DNA from: Candidatus Falkowella caecavicola | GTDB lineage: Bacteria > Bacillota > Clostridia > Oscillospirales > Ruminococcaceae | NCBI GenBank assembly: GCA_904420125.1 | Contig: CAJFUK010000053.1 | Span: forward strand, 1 to 64,000 | Length of the DNA stretch: 64,000 nt | Direction: 5' to 3' | Part shown: piece by piece, positions 1-9,181 of the stretch | How positions within the stretch are numbered: position 1 is the stretch's first letter | Layout of the letters: each line of letters starts with the position of its first letter | Program-made: the position numbers and the translations under genes | The notes under the pieces: generated by a model | What the model saw: only the letters and a program-made list of their open reading frames with translations | Databases searched by the model: none | Told to the model about the DNA's origin: nothing

Positions 1-200
1 TGCCATCACAGATATAAGGACCCGGAAAAGGCTGATGCCCATCCAGTCTCTAAAAAAATCAGGCCAGTTTAAAAAGACTGACCTGATTGTAAACTGTTTT
101 CTCCTGGCACCATCACAGATATAAGGACCCGGAAAAGACTGACGCCCATCCAATCTCTAAAAAATCAGGCCAGTCTAAAAAGACTGACCTGATTTTTTTA
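1..200. repeat. Tandem direct repeat, two copies of about 88-90 bp with 105-bp period (copy 1 about 4-92, copy 2 about 109-197, around 90% identical). Each copy contains an inverted repeat (ATCAGGCCAGTCT-AAAAA-AGACTGACCTGAT) followed by a T-run. The window starts inside or at the array, so more copies may lie upstream.
   Basis: Direct alignment of bases 4-92 against 109-197 in the sequence. The hairpin plus T-tract of copy 2 is visible at 161-200. Confidence 0.8.
161..200 (-). terminator. Rho-independent terminator downstream of hydA. It is bidirectional, since the T-run is also present on the plus strand. A second near-identical copy lies at about 56-95.
   Basis: 13-bp stem (one mismatch), 4-5 nt loop, then a T-rich tract immediately 3' of the hydA stop at 231. 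Confidence 0.6.
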
Positions 201-230
201 TGCTTGAATGATCGGAGTTGGCAAATCAAA

Positions 231-1973
231 CTAACGGACTTCTTTTCCCCGCTTCACATAGGAGGTATGGAGCGTCTCATGCGCAATATGGCTGCCCGGT
301 TTCTCCAGATACTCCTCATAAACCAGCTTCATCAGCGGGCTCTGATGCGATTTCCGAAGCGGCAGATTTTTATCTTCCTCATAGAGCGCTTTGGCACGCA
401 TCCCTTTCAAATCCTCAAAATTCCGTACAGAAGCCGGCTGCAGCGGCTGTCCTCCGCCGTTAACACATCCGCCCGGACATCCCATGATTTCAATAAAGTC
501 AAATTTCTCTCCGGCCTTTACCCGTTCGAGAAGTTTTTTGGCATTTCCGGTACCGCTGGCAACGCCGACCTTCACCGTTGCATCTCCAATTTTATAGGTG
601 GCAACTTTGACGCCTTCCGTTCCGCGAACCTCCTGATATTCCACTTCCTGCAGATCCTGACCGGTCACCCAGTCAGCCGCCGTACGGAGTGCAGCCTCCA
701 TCACGCCGCCGGTTGCGCCGAAGATAACAGCCGCACCGGTAAATTCTCCCATGATCTGGTCAAAAGCTTCGTCTTTCAGGCTGGTGAACTGGATATGCGC
801 GCGTTCAATCATGCGTGCCAGTTCACGGGTGGTGAGCGCCACGTCCACATCCGGATAGCCGGATGCCGATTCGTCTTCCCGGCCGATCTCAAATTTCTTT
901 GCGGTACAGGGCATGATGGAAACAACAACAATATCCTCCGGATTGAGGTTGTTTTTCTTTGCATACCATGTTTTGATCATCGCGCCGGTCATCTGCTGAG
1001 GCGATTTACAGGTTGAAAGGTTGGGAATAAATTCCGGGTAATAATGTTCGCAGTATTTCACCCAGCCGGGGGAACAGGAAGTAATCATCGGCAGCACGCC
1101 GCCCTTTGTGAAACGCTCTACGAACTCGTTGGCCTCCTCCATAATGGTGAGGTCCGCACCAAAGTTGGTATCAAAAACCTTGTCAAAACCAAGACGGCGG
1201 AGTGCCGCAACCATTTTTCCTTCTACATTCGTACCGATCGGCAGACCAAAGCTCTCGCCAAGCGCAGCCCGAACAGCGGGCGCAGTCTGCACAACCACAT
1301 GCTTATTCGGGTCTCCAAGCGCCTCCCATACTTTCGCGGTGTTATCCCGCTCCTGCAAAGCGCCGGTCGGGCAGTTCACAATACACTGACCGCATCCGAT
1401 ACAAGGCGTGTTATTCAGCGGCCGCTCAAACGCGCAGCCGATGCTGGTGTCAAATCCACGGGCATTTGCGCCGATGACAGCGACCTCCTGTGCCTGGCAG
1501 GCAGCGACACAGCGGCGGCAGAGCACGCATTTGCTGTTATCCCGTACCAGATAGGCCGTTGATTCATCTTTAACCGTTTGAGTGACAGCACCGTCATACC
1601 GGCCCTCGTCTTCCACGCCGTATTCCCGGCAAAGATTTTGGAGTTCGCAGTGTCCACTGCGGGAGCAGGAGAGACATTTGCGCTGATGGTTGGACAGAAT
1701 GAGTTCGAGCGTCATTCTTCTGGAATCCTGTACCCGTTTGGAATTGGTATAGATCTCCATTCCTTCCGCCACCGGATATACGCAGGAAGCTACGAGACTG
1801 CGTGCGCCTTTGACCTCAACAACGCAGATACGGCAGGCGCCGATTTCATTCATTTCTTTCAAATAACAGAGTGTCGGGATATTGAATCCGGCCTCTCTTG
1901 CCGCCTCCAGAATCGTGTAAGTATTCGGAACGGTCAAGGGCATGCCGTTGATGGTAATATTAACAGTTTTCAT
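231..1973 (-). CDS. hydA: [FeFe]-hydrogenase catalytic subunit (HydA/HndD-like). It has an N-terminal 2Fe-2S domain and multiple 4Fe-4S Cys motifs. H-cluster motifs: L1 is TSCSPGW (variant of TSCCPxW), L2 is MPCTAKKFE, L3 is EIMGCPGGCVNGGGQP.
   Basis: Motifs read in the 580-aa translation. It is the terminal gene of an operon with NuoE- and NuoF-like subunits. Confidence 0.9.
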   Translation of the reverse strand: MKTVNITINGMPLTVPNTYTILEAAREAGFNIPTLCYLKEMNEIGACRICVVEVKGARSLVASCVYPVAEGMEIYTNSKRVQDSRRMTLELILSNHQRKCLSCSRSGHCELQNLCREYGVEDEGRYDGAVTQTVKDESTAYLVRDNSKCVLCRRCVAACQAQEVAVIGANARGFDTSIGCAFERPLNNTPCIGCGQCIVNCPTGALQERDNTAKVWEALGDPNKHVVVQTAPAVRAALGESFGLPIGTNVEGKMVAALRRLGFDKVFDTNFGADLTIMEEANEFVERFTKGGVLPMITSCSPGWVKYCEHYYPEFIPNLSTCKSPQQMTGAMIKTWYAKKNNLNPEDIVVVSIMPCTAKKFEIGREDESASGYPDVDVALTTRELARMIERAHIQFTSLKDEAFDQIMGEFTGAAVIFGATGGVMEAALRTAADWVTGQDLQEVEYQEVRGTEGVKVATYKIGDATVKVGVASGTGNAKKLLERVKAGEKFDFIEIMGCPGGCVNGGGQPLQPASVRNFEDLKGMRAKALYEEDKNLPLRKSHQSPLMKLVYEEYLEKPGSHIAHETLHTSYVKRGKEVR

Positions 1974-1989
1974 AAAGCATACACCTTTC

Positions 1990-3777
1990 CTATTTCTTAA
2001 TGATTGCGCCGAACTTACATTTTTCCATGCAGGCGCCGCACTTTAAGCATTTTGATTGATCAATGGTGTGCGGATTCTTAACCGTGCCGGAGATGGCTTC
2101 GGCCGGACAGACTCTTGAACAAAGGGTACATCCCTTACATTTGTCTTCCTGAATCTCATAATGGATCAGATGCTTACAAACGCCGGCCGGACAGGTCTTG
2201 TCCTTGACATGCGCGACATATTCATCGCGGAAGAACCGGAGTGTGGACAACACCGGGTTGGGCGCTGTCTGACCAAGGCCGCAGAGCGCGGAGTCCTTGA
2301 TATAATAGCAGAGCTGTTCGATGGTATCCAGATCTTCCATGGTACCGTTTCCGCGGGTAATCTTATCAAGCAGTTCATACAGGCGCTTGATCCCGATCCG
2401 GCAGGGCGTACATTTGCCGCAGGATTCATCGACGGTAAATTCAAGGAAGAACTTCGCAATATCCACCATACAGGTGTCTTCGTCCATAACAATCAGTCCG
2501 CCGGAACCCATCATTGCGCCGATCTGAATCAGGCTGTCATAGTCGATTTTTACGTCATAGCACTGTGCCGGAACGCATCCGCCGGAAGGTCCGCCCATCT
2601 GTGCGGCTTTAAACTTCTTGCCGTTTGGAATGCCGCCGCCGATCTCCTCGACAATCGTGCGGAGCGTCGTTCCCATTGGAACCTCCACCAGACCGGTGTG
2701 TTTAATTTTTCCGCCAAGCGCAAAAACTTTGGTACCCTTAGACTTTTCTGTACCAATGGAAGCAAACCATTCCGCTCCGTTTAAGATAATCTGCGGGATA
2801 TTGGCATAGGTCTCAACGTTATTGAGAATGGTCGGTTTTTCAAACAATCCCTTGACTGCCGGATACGGAGGACGGGGACGGGGTTCACCGCGGTGTCCCT
2901 CGATCGAAGTCATCAGAGCGGTTTCCTCGCCGCAGACAAATGCGCCTGCGCCCAAACGAATATCCAGATCAAAATCAAACCCGGTGCCGAAAATATTTTT
3001 ACCCAGCAATCCGTATTCTCTTGCCTGCTGAATCGCAATTTCCAGACGATGTACGGCAATCGGATATTCCGCGCGGACATATATGTAACCCTGGCTGGCG
3101 CCGATCGCATAGCCTGCAATCGCCATGGCTTCAATGACTGAATGCGGGTCGCCTTCGAGTACAGAACGGTCCATGAATGCGCCCGGGTCGCCTTCATCGG
3201 CATTGCAGCAGACATATTTCTGGTCCGCCTGGTTGGCTGCCGCAAGGCTCCATTTGACGCCGGTCGGGAAGCCGCCGCCGCCCCGTCCGCGCAGGCCGGA
3301 TTCTTTCACCACATCAACAACCTGCTGCGGTGTGTATTCAGTCAGACATTTTGCCAAAGCCTGATATCCGTCAAAAGCGATATATTCGTCGATATTCTCC
3401 GGGTTAATCACGCCGCAGTTACGCAGGGCAACACGCTGTTGTTTGGCATAAAACTGGGTTTCATTCAGGGACTTGACGGTATCCTTTTCGACCGTCTCAT
3501 CATAGAGCAGCCGGGTGACAACACGTCCCTTAAGCAGGTGCTCTTCTACGATTTCCGGAACATCTTCCACTTTTACCATACTGTAGAAGGATCCTTCCGG
3601 ATAAACAATCATAATCGGGCCAAGCGCGCAGAGGCCGAAACAGCCTGTCCGCACAACGTTGACTTCATTTTCCAAACCGTGTTCACGGATTTGTTCTTTT
3701 AACGCTTCAATAATTTTAGTACTGTTTGAGGATGTACATCCGGTACCGCCGCAAACCAGAACCTGAGAACGAAACAT
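1990..3777 (-). CDS. hydB: NuoF-like NAD(P)H-binding flavoprotein subunit of a bifurcating hydrogenase (HydB/HndC-like). It carries the FMN/NADH motif GRGGGGFPTGVKW, an N-terminal thioredoxin-like 2Fe-2S domain and C-terminal 4Fe-4S ferredoxin motifs.
   Basis: Conserved NuoF (51 kDa) motifs in the translation. There is a 17-bp gap to hydA. Confidence 0.9.
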   Translation of the reverse strand: MFRSQVLVCGGTGCTSSNSTKIIEALKEQIREHGLENEVNVVRTGCFGLCALGPIMIVYPEGSFYSMVKVEDVPEIVEEHLLKGRVVTRLLYDETVEKDTVKSLNETQFYAKQQRVALRNCGVINPENIDEYIAFDGYQALAKCLTEYTPQQVVDVVKESGLRGRGGGGFPTGVKWSLAAANQADQKYVCCNADEGDPGAFMDRSVLEGDPHSVIEAMAIAGYAIGASQGYIYVRAEYPIAVHRLEIAIQQAREYGLLGKNIFGTGFDFDLDIRLGAGAFVCGEETALMTSIEGHRGEPRPRPPYPAVKGLFEKPTILNNVETYANIPQIILNGAEWFASIGTEKSKGTKVFALGGKIKHTGLVEVPMGTTLRTIVEEIGGGIPNGKKFKAAQMGGPSGGCVPAQCYDVKIDYDSLIQIGAMMGSGGLIVMDEDTCMVDIAKFFLEFTVDESCGKCTPCRIGIKRLYELLDKITRGNGTMEDLDTIEQLCYYIKDSALCGLGQTAPNPVLSTLRFFRDEYVAHVKDKTCPAGVCKHLIHYEIQEDKCKGCTLCSRVCPAEAISGTVKNPHTIDQSKCLKCGACMEKCKFGAIIKK

Positions 3778-3822
3778 GAATGGTTTCCCCCTTTGATTTT
3801 TCTGTTAACGGTGTTTGACGGC

Positions 3823-4194
3823 TTATACAGCAGACGCACCGATGGTATATTCTGTAACAACTTCCCCGTTCATCAAGTGGCTGTGTACAACACGGAGCGC
3901 CTTTTCCGGAGTCATCTTTACATAAGTAACTTTTTCTTTGCCCGGTTCGAAAATTTCTACAACCGGTTCATATTGACAGATACCGATACATCCTGTCTGG
4001 GTAATGGTGACGCCGGACAGGTTTTCTTTGGAAACCTCTTCCACCAAAGCGTTGAGGACTGGGCGCGCACCGGCCGCAATGCCGCAGGTTGCCATACCGA
4101 CAACCACGCGGATGCCGTCCTCTGTTTCCGCACGCATTTCAATTTCTTTGCGGGCCTTATCCCGAATCGCCTGCAATTCAGCTAACGTTTTCAT
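3823..4194 (-). CDS. Thioredoxin-like [2Fe-2S] ferredoxin (HndB-like small subunit). Start placed at the internal ATG (MKTLAELQ...) preceded by a GAAGGAGGAG RBS. It overlaps the upstream stop by ATGA.
   Basis: Cys pattern C..C...GCIGIC. The RBS precedes the internal Met. The longer ORF-track version would overlap the upstream gene by about 90 bp. Confidence 0.7.
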   Translation of the reverse strand: MKTLAELQAIRDKARKEIEMRAETEDGIRVVVGMATCGIAAGARPVLNALVEEVSKENLSGVTITQTGCIGICQYEPVVEIFEPGKEKVTYVKMTPEKALRVVHSHLMNGEVVTEYTIGASAV

Positions 4195-4775
4195 ACTGCT
4201 CCTCCTTCTGAATCTGGAGCCGCCGCCGGGGTGTCTCCCTGCAGCTCCTCTGTATTTTCCTGTAAAAATCCCCGAATCCATTCTGTCACTTCCGGCATAT
4301 TCAGGGGCACTCCTTCCAGCGTCTCCCGGAGTGTCCGGGTATCTAAAACAAACTGTCTGCCGTCCAGAGTATATTCATATATGAAATCAATCTCCGGATT
4401 ACAGGATATCAGCATGGTCATTGTACCGCAGATATCCCCAACCGGTGTAAAATCAATACTGTCACTGTTAAAACAAGCGCAGATCTGGGTACCCTCTCCA
4501 GGCACGGATTGAATAGAAAAACTTCCTCCGGTCATTTCCGCTGCCATTTTAAACAGCGGGATGCCAAGACCGACCTTCCGTGTGGTACGGGTCGTGTAAA
4601 AAGGATCTGTCACTGCATTGACCTGTTCCGGCGTCATCCCGCAGCCGTCATCCTCGATGGAGATCGACAGGCTGTGTTGGGCCCGGTTCTCCCGAAGCCG
4701 GACAGCGATCAGGCTGGCTCCTGCTGAAATCGAATTCTGCACAACGTCCAATACGTTAAGCGACAGCTCCCGCAT
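4191..4775 (-). CDS. Histidine-kinase-like ATPase (HATPase_c) domain protein embedded in the hydrogenase operon. This is the HydD-like protein seen in trimeric/tetrameric bifurcating hydrogenase operons.
   Basis: HATPase-like motifs (DDGCGM, GLGIPL) in the translation. Its position between the NuoE-like and ferredoxin genes fits. Confidence 0.6.
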   Translation of the reverse strand: MRELSLNVLDVVQNSISAGASLIAVRLRENRAQHSLSISIEDDGCGMTPEQVNAVTDPFYTTRTTRKVGLGIPLFKMAAEMTGGSFSIQSVPGEGTQICACFNSDSIDFTPVGDICGTMTMLISCNPEIDFIYEYTLDGRQFVLDTRTLRETLEGVPLNMPEVTEWIRGFLQENTEELQGDTPAAAPDSEGGAV

Positions 4776-4805
4776 TTTCTTTCCCCCTGCAGTTTGTACA
4801 AAAAA

Positions 4806-5300
4806 TTATTGATATTTTTTCAGAATATCTTCCACGTCATCTACGGTCAGACGTCCGTATACATCATCGTTGACCGTCAGTACCGGTGCAAGCCCGCAGG
4901 CGCCGATACAGCGGCATGCCGTCAGAGAAAATTTGCCGTCCTCTGTTGTCTCTTCGGGATTAATATGTAGCAGTTCTGTCAGTTTGTTCAGGATATCTCC
5001 TGACCCTTTGACATAACAGGCCGTTCCAAGACAGACAGAAATGTTGTACTCTCCCTTGGCAGACAGTGAGAACTGAGAGTAGAACGTGGATACTCCATAT
5101 ACCTCTTCAATCGGTACATTCAGACCCTCTGCAATCATAGACTGCACCTCAATCGGCAGATACCCGTAAATAGCTTGCGCTTCCTGCAAAACCGGCATAA
5201 CCGCACCCCGCTGGTCTTTATGCGCCTCAATGACTTGTTTGAGTTTCTGCTCCTGTTCCGCAGTCCCCTTAAACGGCAGATTGCTGATGGATTTACGCAT
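4806..5300 (-). CDS. hydC: NuoE-like thioredoxin-like [2Fe-2S] subunit of a bifurcating hydrogenase (HydC/HndA-like).
   Basis: NuoE Cys motifs (CLGTACYVKGS ... CRCIGACGLAPV). It is the first gene of the minus-strand operon. Confidence 0.85.
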   Translation of the reverse strand: MRKSISNLPFKGTAEQEQKLKQVIEAHKDQRGAVMPVLQEAQAIYGYLPIEVQSMIAEGLNVPIEEVYGVSTFYSQFSLSAKGEYNISVCLGTACYVKGSGDILNKLTELLHINPEETTEDGKFSLTACRCIGACGLAPVLTVNDDVYGRLTVDDVEDILKKYQ

Positions 5301-6008
5301 GGCTGTTCCTCCTTAAACCCTTGATTGTTTTGCTCAAATAATTGATGCAGCAGCTGATCTTCCGTCCGAGATAAACACAAACGAAAATGAATCCCATTCC
5401 AAAGTGCCACACCTCATCGGAGCATCCCCAGCCCAAAACACCAGCCCGGAAAATACGCTCTGCAAAGACTGGGTATCTTCTGCCGGCAATAGCATCTACA
5501 GACAAAAAGGTATCCCCCTGACCCGGTGTTGTCTCTCCAATGGAATCGGATCAAAATCAGCTGTATGTTCCCTTGCATATGAGTGTGAATTATTTATCAA
5601 TCATTTGCAAAAAAACAAACAAATTTTAATCCTACCGACATTTTTCGAGAAAAGCGGTAAAATATTGTCTTTTTTTAGTCAAACTTAATAATTTATTCAC
5701 GATTCTTATGCAAATATCACATATATCTTAGATATTATAGCATAGATTTTTTCATAAATCTACCGTTTTTTATTTCTTTCCAAAATTTTTTATTTTTTAT
5801 TGCGTTTTCCCGTAAATTCTTATTGTTTCTTATGATTTCTCCTGTTTTCTCTTTCCTGAACCCCCATTGCGTTCTGTATACCTGGCTCCCCGCGGGTTAA
5901 AATAATATCCGGATATCATATTTTCTTTCCCATTCTATGTTTGTCCGGCAATAAATATGAGCACACAGGAGTCACTTGGCCTGTGCGCTCATATTTGCCG
6001 GATTTTCC

Positions 6009-6344
6009 TTAATATTTCACAATAGCGTTTGCGATTTCCAACAGCATTGTTTTTTGTGTTTCGTTCATTCGACAGTAGATCGTTTCGATTTCTTCCCGCA
6101 GGTACTGAGGCTGTTTCGGAACAGAACCAGTGATCAGTTCCGAAAGATCGCACTCCAGCAGGACTGCAATACTGGAAAGAGTATCCAGGCTAATCTTGGT
6201 TGCTCCGCGTTCAATCTGGCTGATATACCCCACGGATACACACAAAGCTTCTGCAAGATCATCCTGTGTTTTTCGGCTTTTTTTCCTTTTTTCTTTAATC
6301 CTCTGCCCAATGACCTTGTAATTCACCTTCATTCCTATCACCAA
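6009..6344 (-). CDS. XRE-family helix-turn-helix transcriptional regulator.
   Basis: HTH_XRE signature (TQDDLAEALCVSVGYISQIERG). It is divergent from a small ORF, with a palindrome in the spacer. Confidence 0.8.
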   Translation of the reverse strand: MVIGMKVNYKVIGQRIKEKRKKSRKTQDDLAEALCVSVGYISQIERGATKISLDTLSSIAVLLECDLSELITGSVPKQPQYLREEIETIYCRMNETQKTMLLEIANAIVKY

Positions 6345-6502
6345 CTTTATTGTATAAATAAAAACTCGAAATTTACAGATACTTATAACTATAAAAATAG
6401 CTATAAGTATTGATTTTTGCCGAATATTATGGTAAAATTATAGTAATCATGTAAATGGTATAAAAATATGTTTTAGGAAAAAATCCTAAAAGGGGAAGTT
6501 TT

Positions 6503-6751
6503 ATGGACTTGTTAGAATCCATTTCGTCCATCCTGCATTGTCAGTATATGTCAGATCTACATTACATTAAAATTACTCACGGGCAAGCTGATCAACTCCG
6601 TCAGCTGGAAGATAACCATTTCACATTATCTGATTGTCAGGATGCAGTTTGTTATATTTGCGGAGATGACGTACCCTGCACCAGCTTTCAGGAAGCCAAA
6701 CAAGTAATTATCCAACAGTTATTACGTGAAGAGCCGGAAACCCGTCAGTAA
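6503..6751 (+). CDS. Hypothetical small protein (82 aa), divergent from the XRE regulator and followed by a strong terminator.
   Basis: ORF with a plausible RBS (AAAGGGGAAG) and a terminator at 6762-6800. No recognisable domain. Confidence 0.4.
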   Translation: MDLLESISSILHCQYMSDLHYIKITHGQADQLRQLEDNHFTLSDCQDAVCYICGDDVPCTSFQEAKQVIIQQLLREEPETRQ

Positions 6752-6761
6752 AATAAAAAAA

Positions 6762-6800
6762 TAAAACCCCCGTGCGGTGTCAAACCGGACGGGGGTTTTA
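6762..6800 (+). terminator. Rho-independent terminator (CCCCCGTGCGGTGTCAAACCGGACGGGGG followed by TTTTATT).
   Basis: GC-rich hairpin plus T-tract read directly. Confidence 0.8.
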
Positions 6801-7054
6801 TTGCCTGAAAAGAAATTTCCGCCTATCTGCTGCCTGCCTTGCTGTTTCTTTCTGGCATAGCACAACAAAATCCATCATATTTCATAAGTTTATTTCACAA
6901 TCTTCTCTGTCTATAGTTGATTCCGATGGAAAAGTCTGATATAATAAAAATACAGCAAATTCAACAAAGAAAAAACAACATGCTGGAAGCCACAAACATT
7001 GGATTCCGCGCCGCGTCGAATCGTATATAACAGTTGCGGCAGAAAGGGGTTTTT

Positions 7055-7405
7055 ATGAATATTAAGGAAGTTGTCCGGATTTTGGATGCAGAGATTGTAT
7101 GTGGAGAAAATCTGGATTTTCATGTAAATACTGCTTGCGGAAGCGATATGATGAGCGATGTTCTGGCTTTTGTGAAAGACCAGTCGCTGTTGCTGACAGG
7201 GCTGGTTAATCCGCAGGTTATTCGGACTGCAGATATGATGGACATGCGGTGTATTGTTTTTGTCCGCGGTAAAACCCCCACAGAGGAAATGACTGCATTG
7301 GCACAGAAATTGGATATTATGCTTTTAAAGACACGTTATCGAATGTTTACAGCCTGCGGCCGCCTGTACCATGAAGGTCTGGGAGGAGGCTGCGATGAAA
7401 CATGA
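7055..7405 (+). CDS. DRTGG-domain protein, a putative hydrogenase-associated regulator component. Start placed at the internal ATG with an AAAGGGG RBS.
   Basis: Similarity of architecture to the second DRTGG ORF at 9182 (G.D.L...LL.TG...V....IVF pattern). It is the first gene of the sensory-hydrogenase cluster. Confidence 0.55.
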   Translation: MNIKEVVRILDAEIVCGENLDFHVNTACGSDMMSDVLAFVKDQSLLLTGLVNPQVIRTADMMDMRCIVFVRGKTPTEEMTALAQKLDIMLLKTRYRMFTACGRLYHEGLGGGCDET

Positions 7406-7827
7406 ATGCCTTAAAAAAACATTATATTGTTCCTGGCGATGATTTTACACGGGCTGGAGAGGCGTCTGGAAAGGTCAAAGGGACGCTGAAACAGCTGGGA
7501 TATAACAGTGATGTCATCCGCCGTGTTGCCATTGCCATGTACGAAGGTGAGATTAATATGGTCATCCATGCAGGCGGCGGGGAAGCGGACGTATCGATTT
7601 ATCCAGACCGGGTAGAAATTATTCTGTCTGATCATGGTCCGGGAATCCCGAATGTGGAACTGGCCATGCAGGAGGGTTATTCCACTGCGCCGGACGATGT
7701 GCGCTCTCTGGGGTTCGGTGCTGGTATGGGATTGCCGAACATCAAAAAATATACCGATGAAATGCGGATTGATACCAAAATTGGCGTGGGTACCCAAATG
7801 TATATGACGATCCGTGTCCACCCCTGA
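7402..7827 (+). CDS. Anti-sigma regulatory factor-like Ser/Thr-kinase-type HATPase protein (RsbW/SpoIIAB-like).
   Basis: HATPase_c motifs (SDHGPGIP, GFGAGMGL). It overlaps the upstream stop (ATGA). Confidence 0.7.
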   Translation: MNALKKHYIVPGDDFTRAGEASGKVKGTLKQLGYNSDVIRRVAIAMYEGEINMVIHAGGGEADVSIYPDRVEIILSDHGPGIPNVELAMQEGYSTAPDDVRSLGFGAGMGLPNIKKYTDEMRIDTKIGVGTQMYMTIRVHP

Positions 7828-7862
7828 TCCGCTGCCATAAGTTTTGAAAGGAGGCGGCGTAT

Positions 7863-9134
7863 TTGCCTCAATTTTTTCATAGTGTTACTTTGAATGAAGA
7901 ATTATGCCACGGCTGTACGACCTGTATCAAGCGCTGTCCTACGGAAGCTATCCGGGTGCGAAACGGAAAGGCGGTCATTACTTCTGAACGGTGTATTGAC
8001 TGCGGAGAATGTATCCGTGTCTGCCCGCATCATGCGAAAAGCGCCAAATCAGACAAACTGTCGATCATCAGCCGTTTTACTTATAAAATTGTCCTGCCTG
8101 CGCCTTCTCTGTATGGGCAGTTTAATAATCTGGACGATATCGATTATGTGTTGGCTGGCCTGCTAAAGCTGGGATTTGATGAAGTATATGAAGTATCCGC
8201 AGCCGCAGAGCTTGTCTCGGATGCTACACGCAATCTGATGGAGCGGGGCAAGCTGCAAACGCCGGTGATCAGTTCGGCCTGTCCGGCGGTTGTCCGGCTG
8301 ATTCGGCTGAAATTTCCGGATTTATGCGGCTATGTACTTCCCCTGCTGTCTCCCATGGAGATCGCCGCCCGTACTGCAAAACGCCAGGCTGCAAACAGAT
8401 TGGGATTGCCTGTTGAAGAAATCGGCGCTTTTTTTATTTCTCCATGCCCTGCAAAAGTGACCGATATCCGTGCGCCGATCGGTATACAGGATTCCTGGGT
8501 AGACGGCGTATTTTCCATGAATGAAATTTACCCGAAACTTTTAGAAACGATGACAAAAAAAGAAGAACCTTCCCTTTTAAGCCATTCTGGGCTGATCGGT
8601 GTGAGTTGGGGCAGCAGCGGAGGAGAAGCCTCCGCGCTGATTCAGAAAAAGTATCTGGCAGCGGACGGGATAGAAAATGTCATGGGAATTCTGGAAGCAC
8701 TGGAAGACGGCCGATTGCGAGAGCTGGAATTTATTGAGCTCAATGCCTGTCCGGGCGGATGCGTCGGCGGTGTATTAACGGTGGAAAACCCTTTTGTCGC
8801 GCGTGCCCGCATCCAACAGCTTCGCAAATATCTGCCTGTATCTTTAAATCACCTGGAAACCGGCGCTTCTTCAATTCCCAACCAGATGTGTTGGCAGGAA
8901 CCGTTAGAATCCGCCGATGTTTTAAGGCTTTCTGATGACCTGGGTGAAGCTATGGAAATGATGGAACAGATCGACTTGCTTTACGAAAGCCTGCCCAAGC
9001 TGGACTGCGGTTCTTGTGGGGCGCCGTCCTGCCGCGCACTGGCAGAAGATGTAATTTGCGGAAAAGCCGGAAAATACGATTGTATTTTCGTTCTGCGGGA
9101 AGAACTGAAAAAACAGGGCGTGTCCATTGGCTAG
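7863..9134 (+). CDS. Sensory-type [FeFe]-hydrogenase paralogue (HydS-like, no PAS domain). It has two N-terminal 4Fe-4S ferredoxin motifs and an H-domain with L1 as SSACPAV (proton-relay Cys replaced by Ala), L2 as SPCPAK and L3 as ELNACPGGCVGG, plus a C-terminal 4-Cys motif. Start is TTG with an AAGGAGG RBS.
   Basis: Motifs read from the translation. Its neighbours are DRTGG and anti-sigma-like ATPase genes. Confidence 0.75.
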   Translation: MPQFFHSVTLNEELCHGCTTCIKRCPTEAIRVRNGKAVITSERCIDCGECIRVCPHHAKSAKSDKLSIISRFTYKIVLPAPSLYGQFNNLDDIDYVLAGLLKLGFDEVYEVSAAAELVSDATRNLMERGKLQTPVISSACPAVVRLIRLKFPDLCGYVLPLLSPMEIAARTAKRQAANRLGLPVEEIGAFFISPCPAKVTDIRAPIGIQDSWVDGVFSMNEIYPKLLETMTKKEEPSLLSHSGLIGVSWGSSGGEASALIQKKYLAADGIENVMGILEALEDGRLRELEFIELNACPGGCVGGVLTVENPFVARARIQQLRKYLPVSLNHLETGASSIPNQMCWQEPLESADVLRLSDDLGEAMEMMEQIDLLYESLPKLDCGSCGAPSCRALAEDVICGKAGKYDCIFVLREELKKQGVSIG

Positions 9135-9181
9135 TCCGTATAGCCCTGGATTTCGTTATACAATAGGAAGGAGCATATGGG

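Noticed and set aside
204-1016. Long antisense ORFs opposite well-supported genes (e.g. 204-1016 +, 24649-25608 +, 37708-38529 +, 45705-46688 +, 44108-44965 -, 51887-52714 -, 50567-51229 -)
   Set aside because: Each lies entirely within a strongly supported gene on the other strand with recognisable motifs. They lack RBSs and have low-complexity, Arg/Ser-rich translations typical of shadow ORFs in GC-rich coding DNA.
3823-4281. 152-aa version of the ferredoxin ORF overlapping the HATPase gene by about 90 bp
   Set aside because: A strong RBS (GAAGGAGGAG) precedes the internal ATG at 4194 and gives an ATGA stop/start overlap, so the shorter form is preferred.
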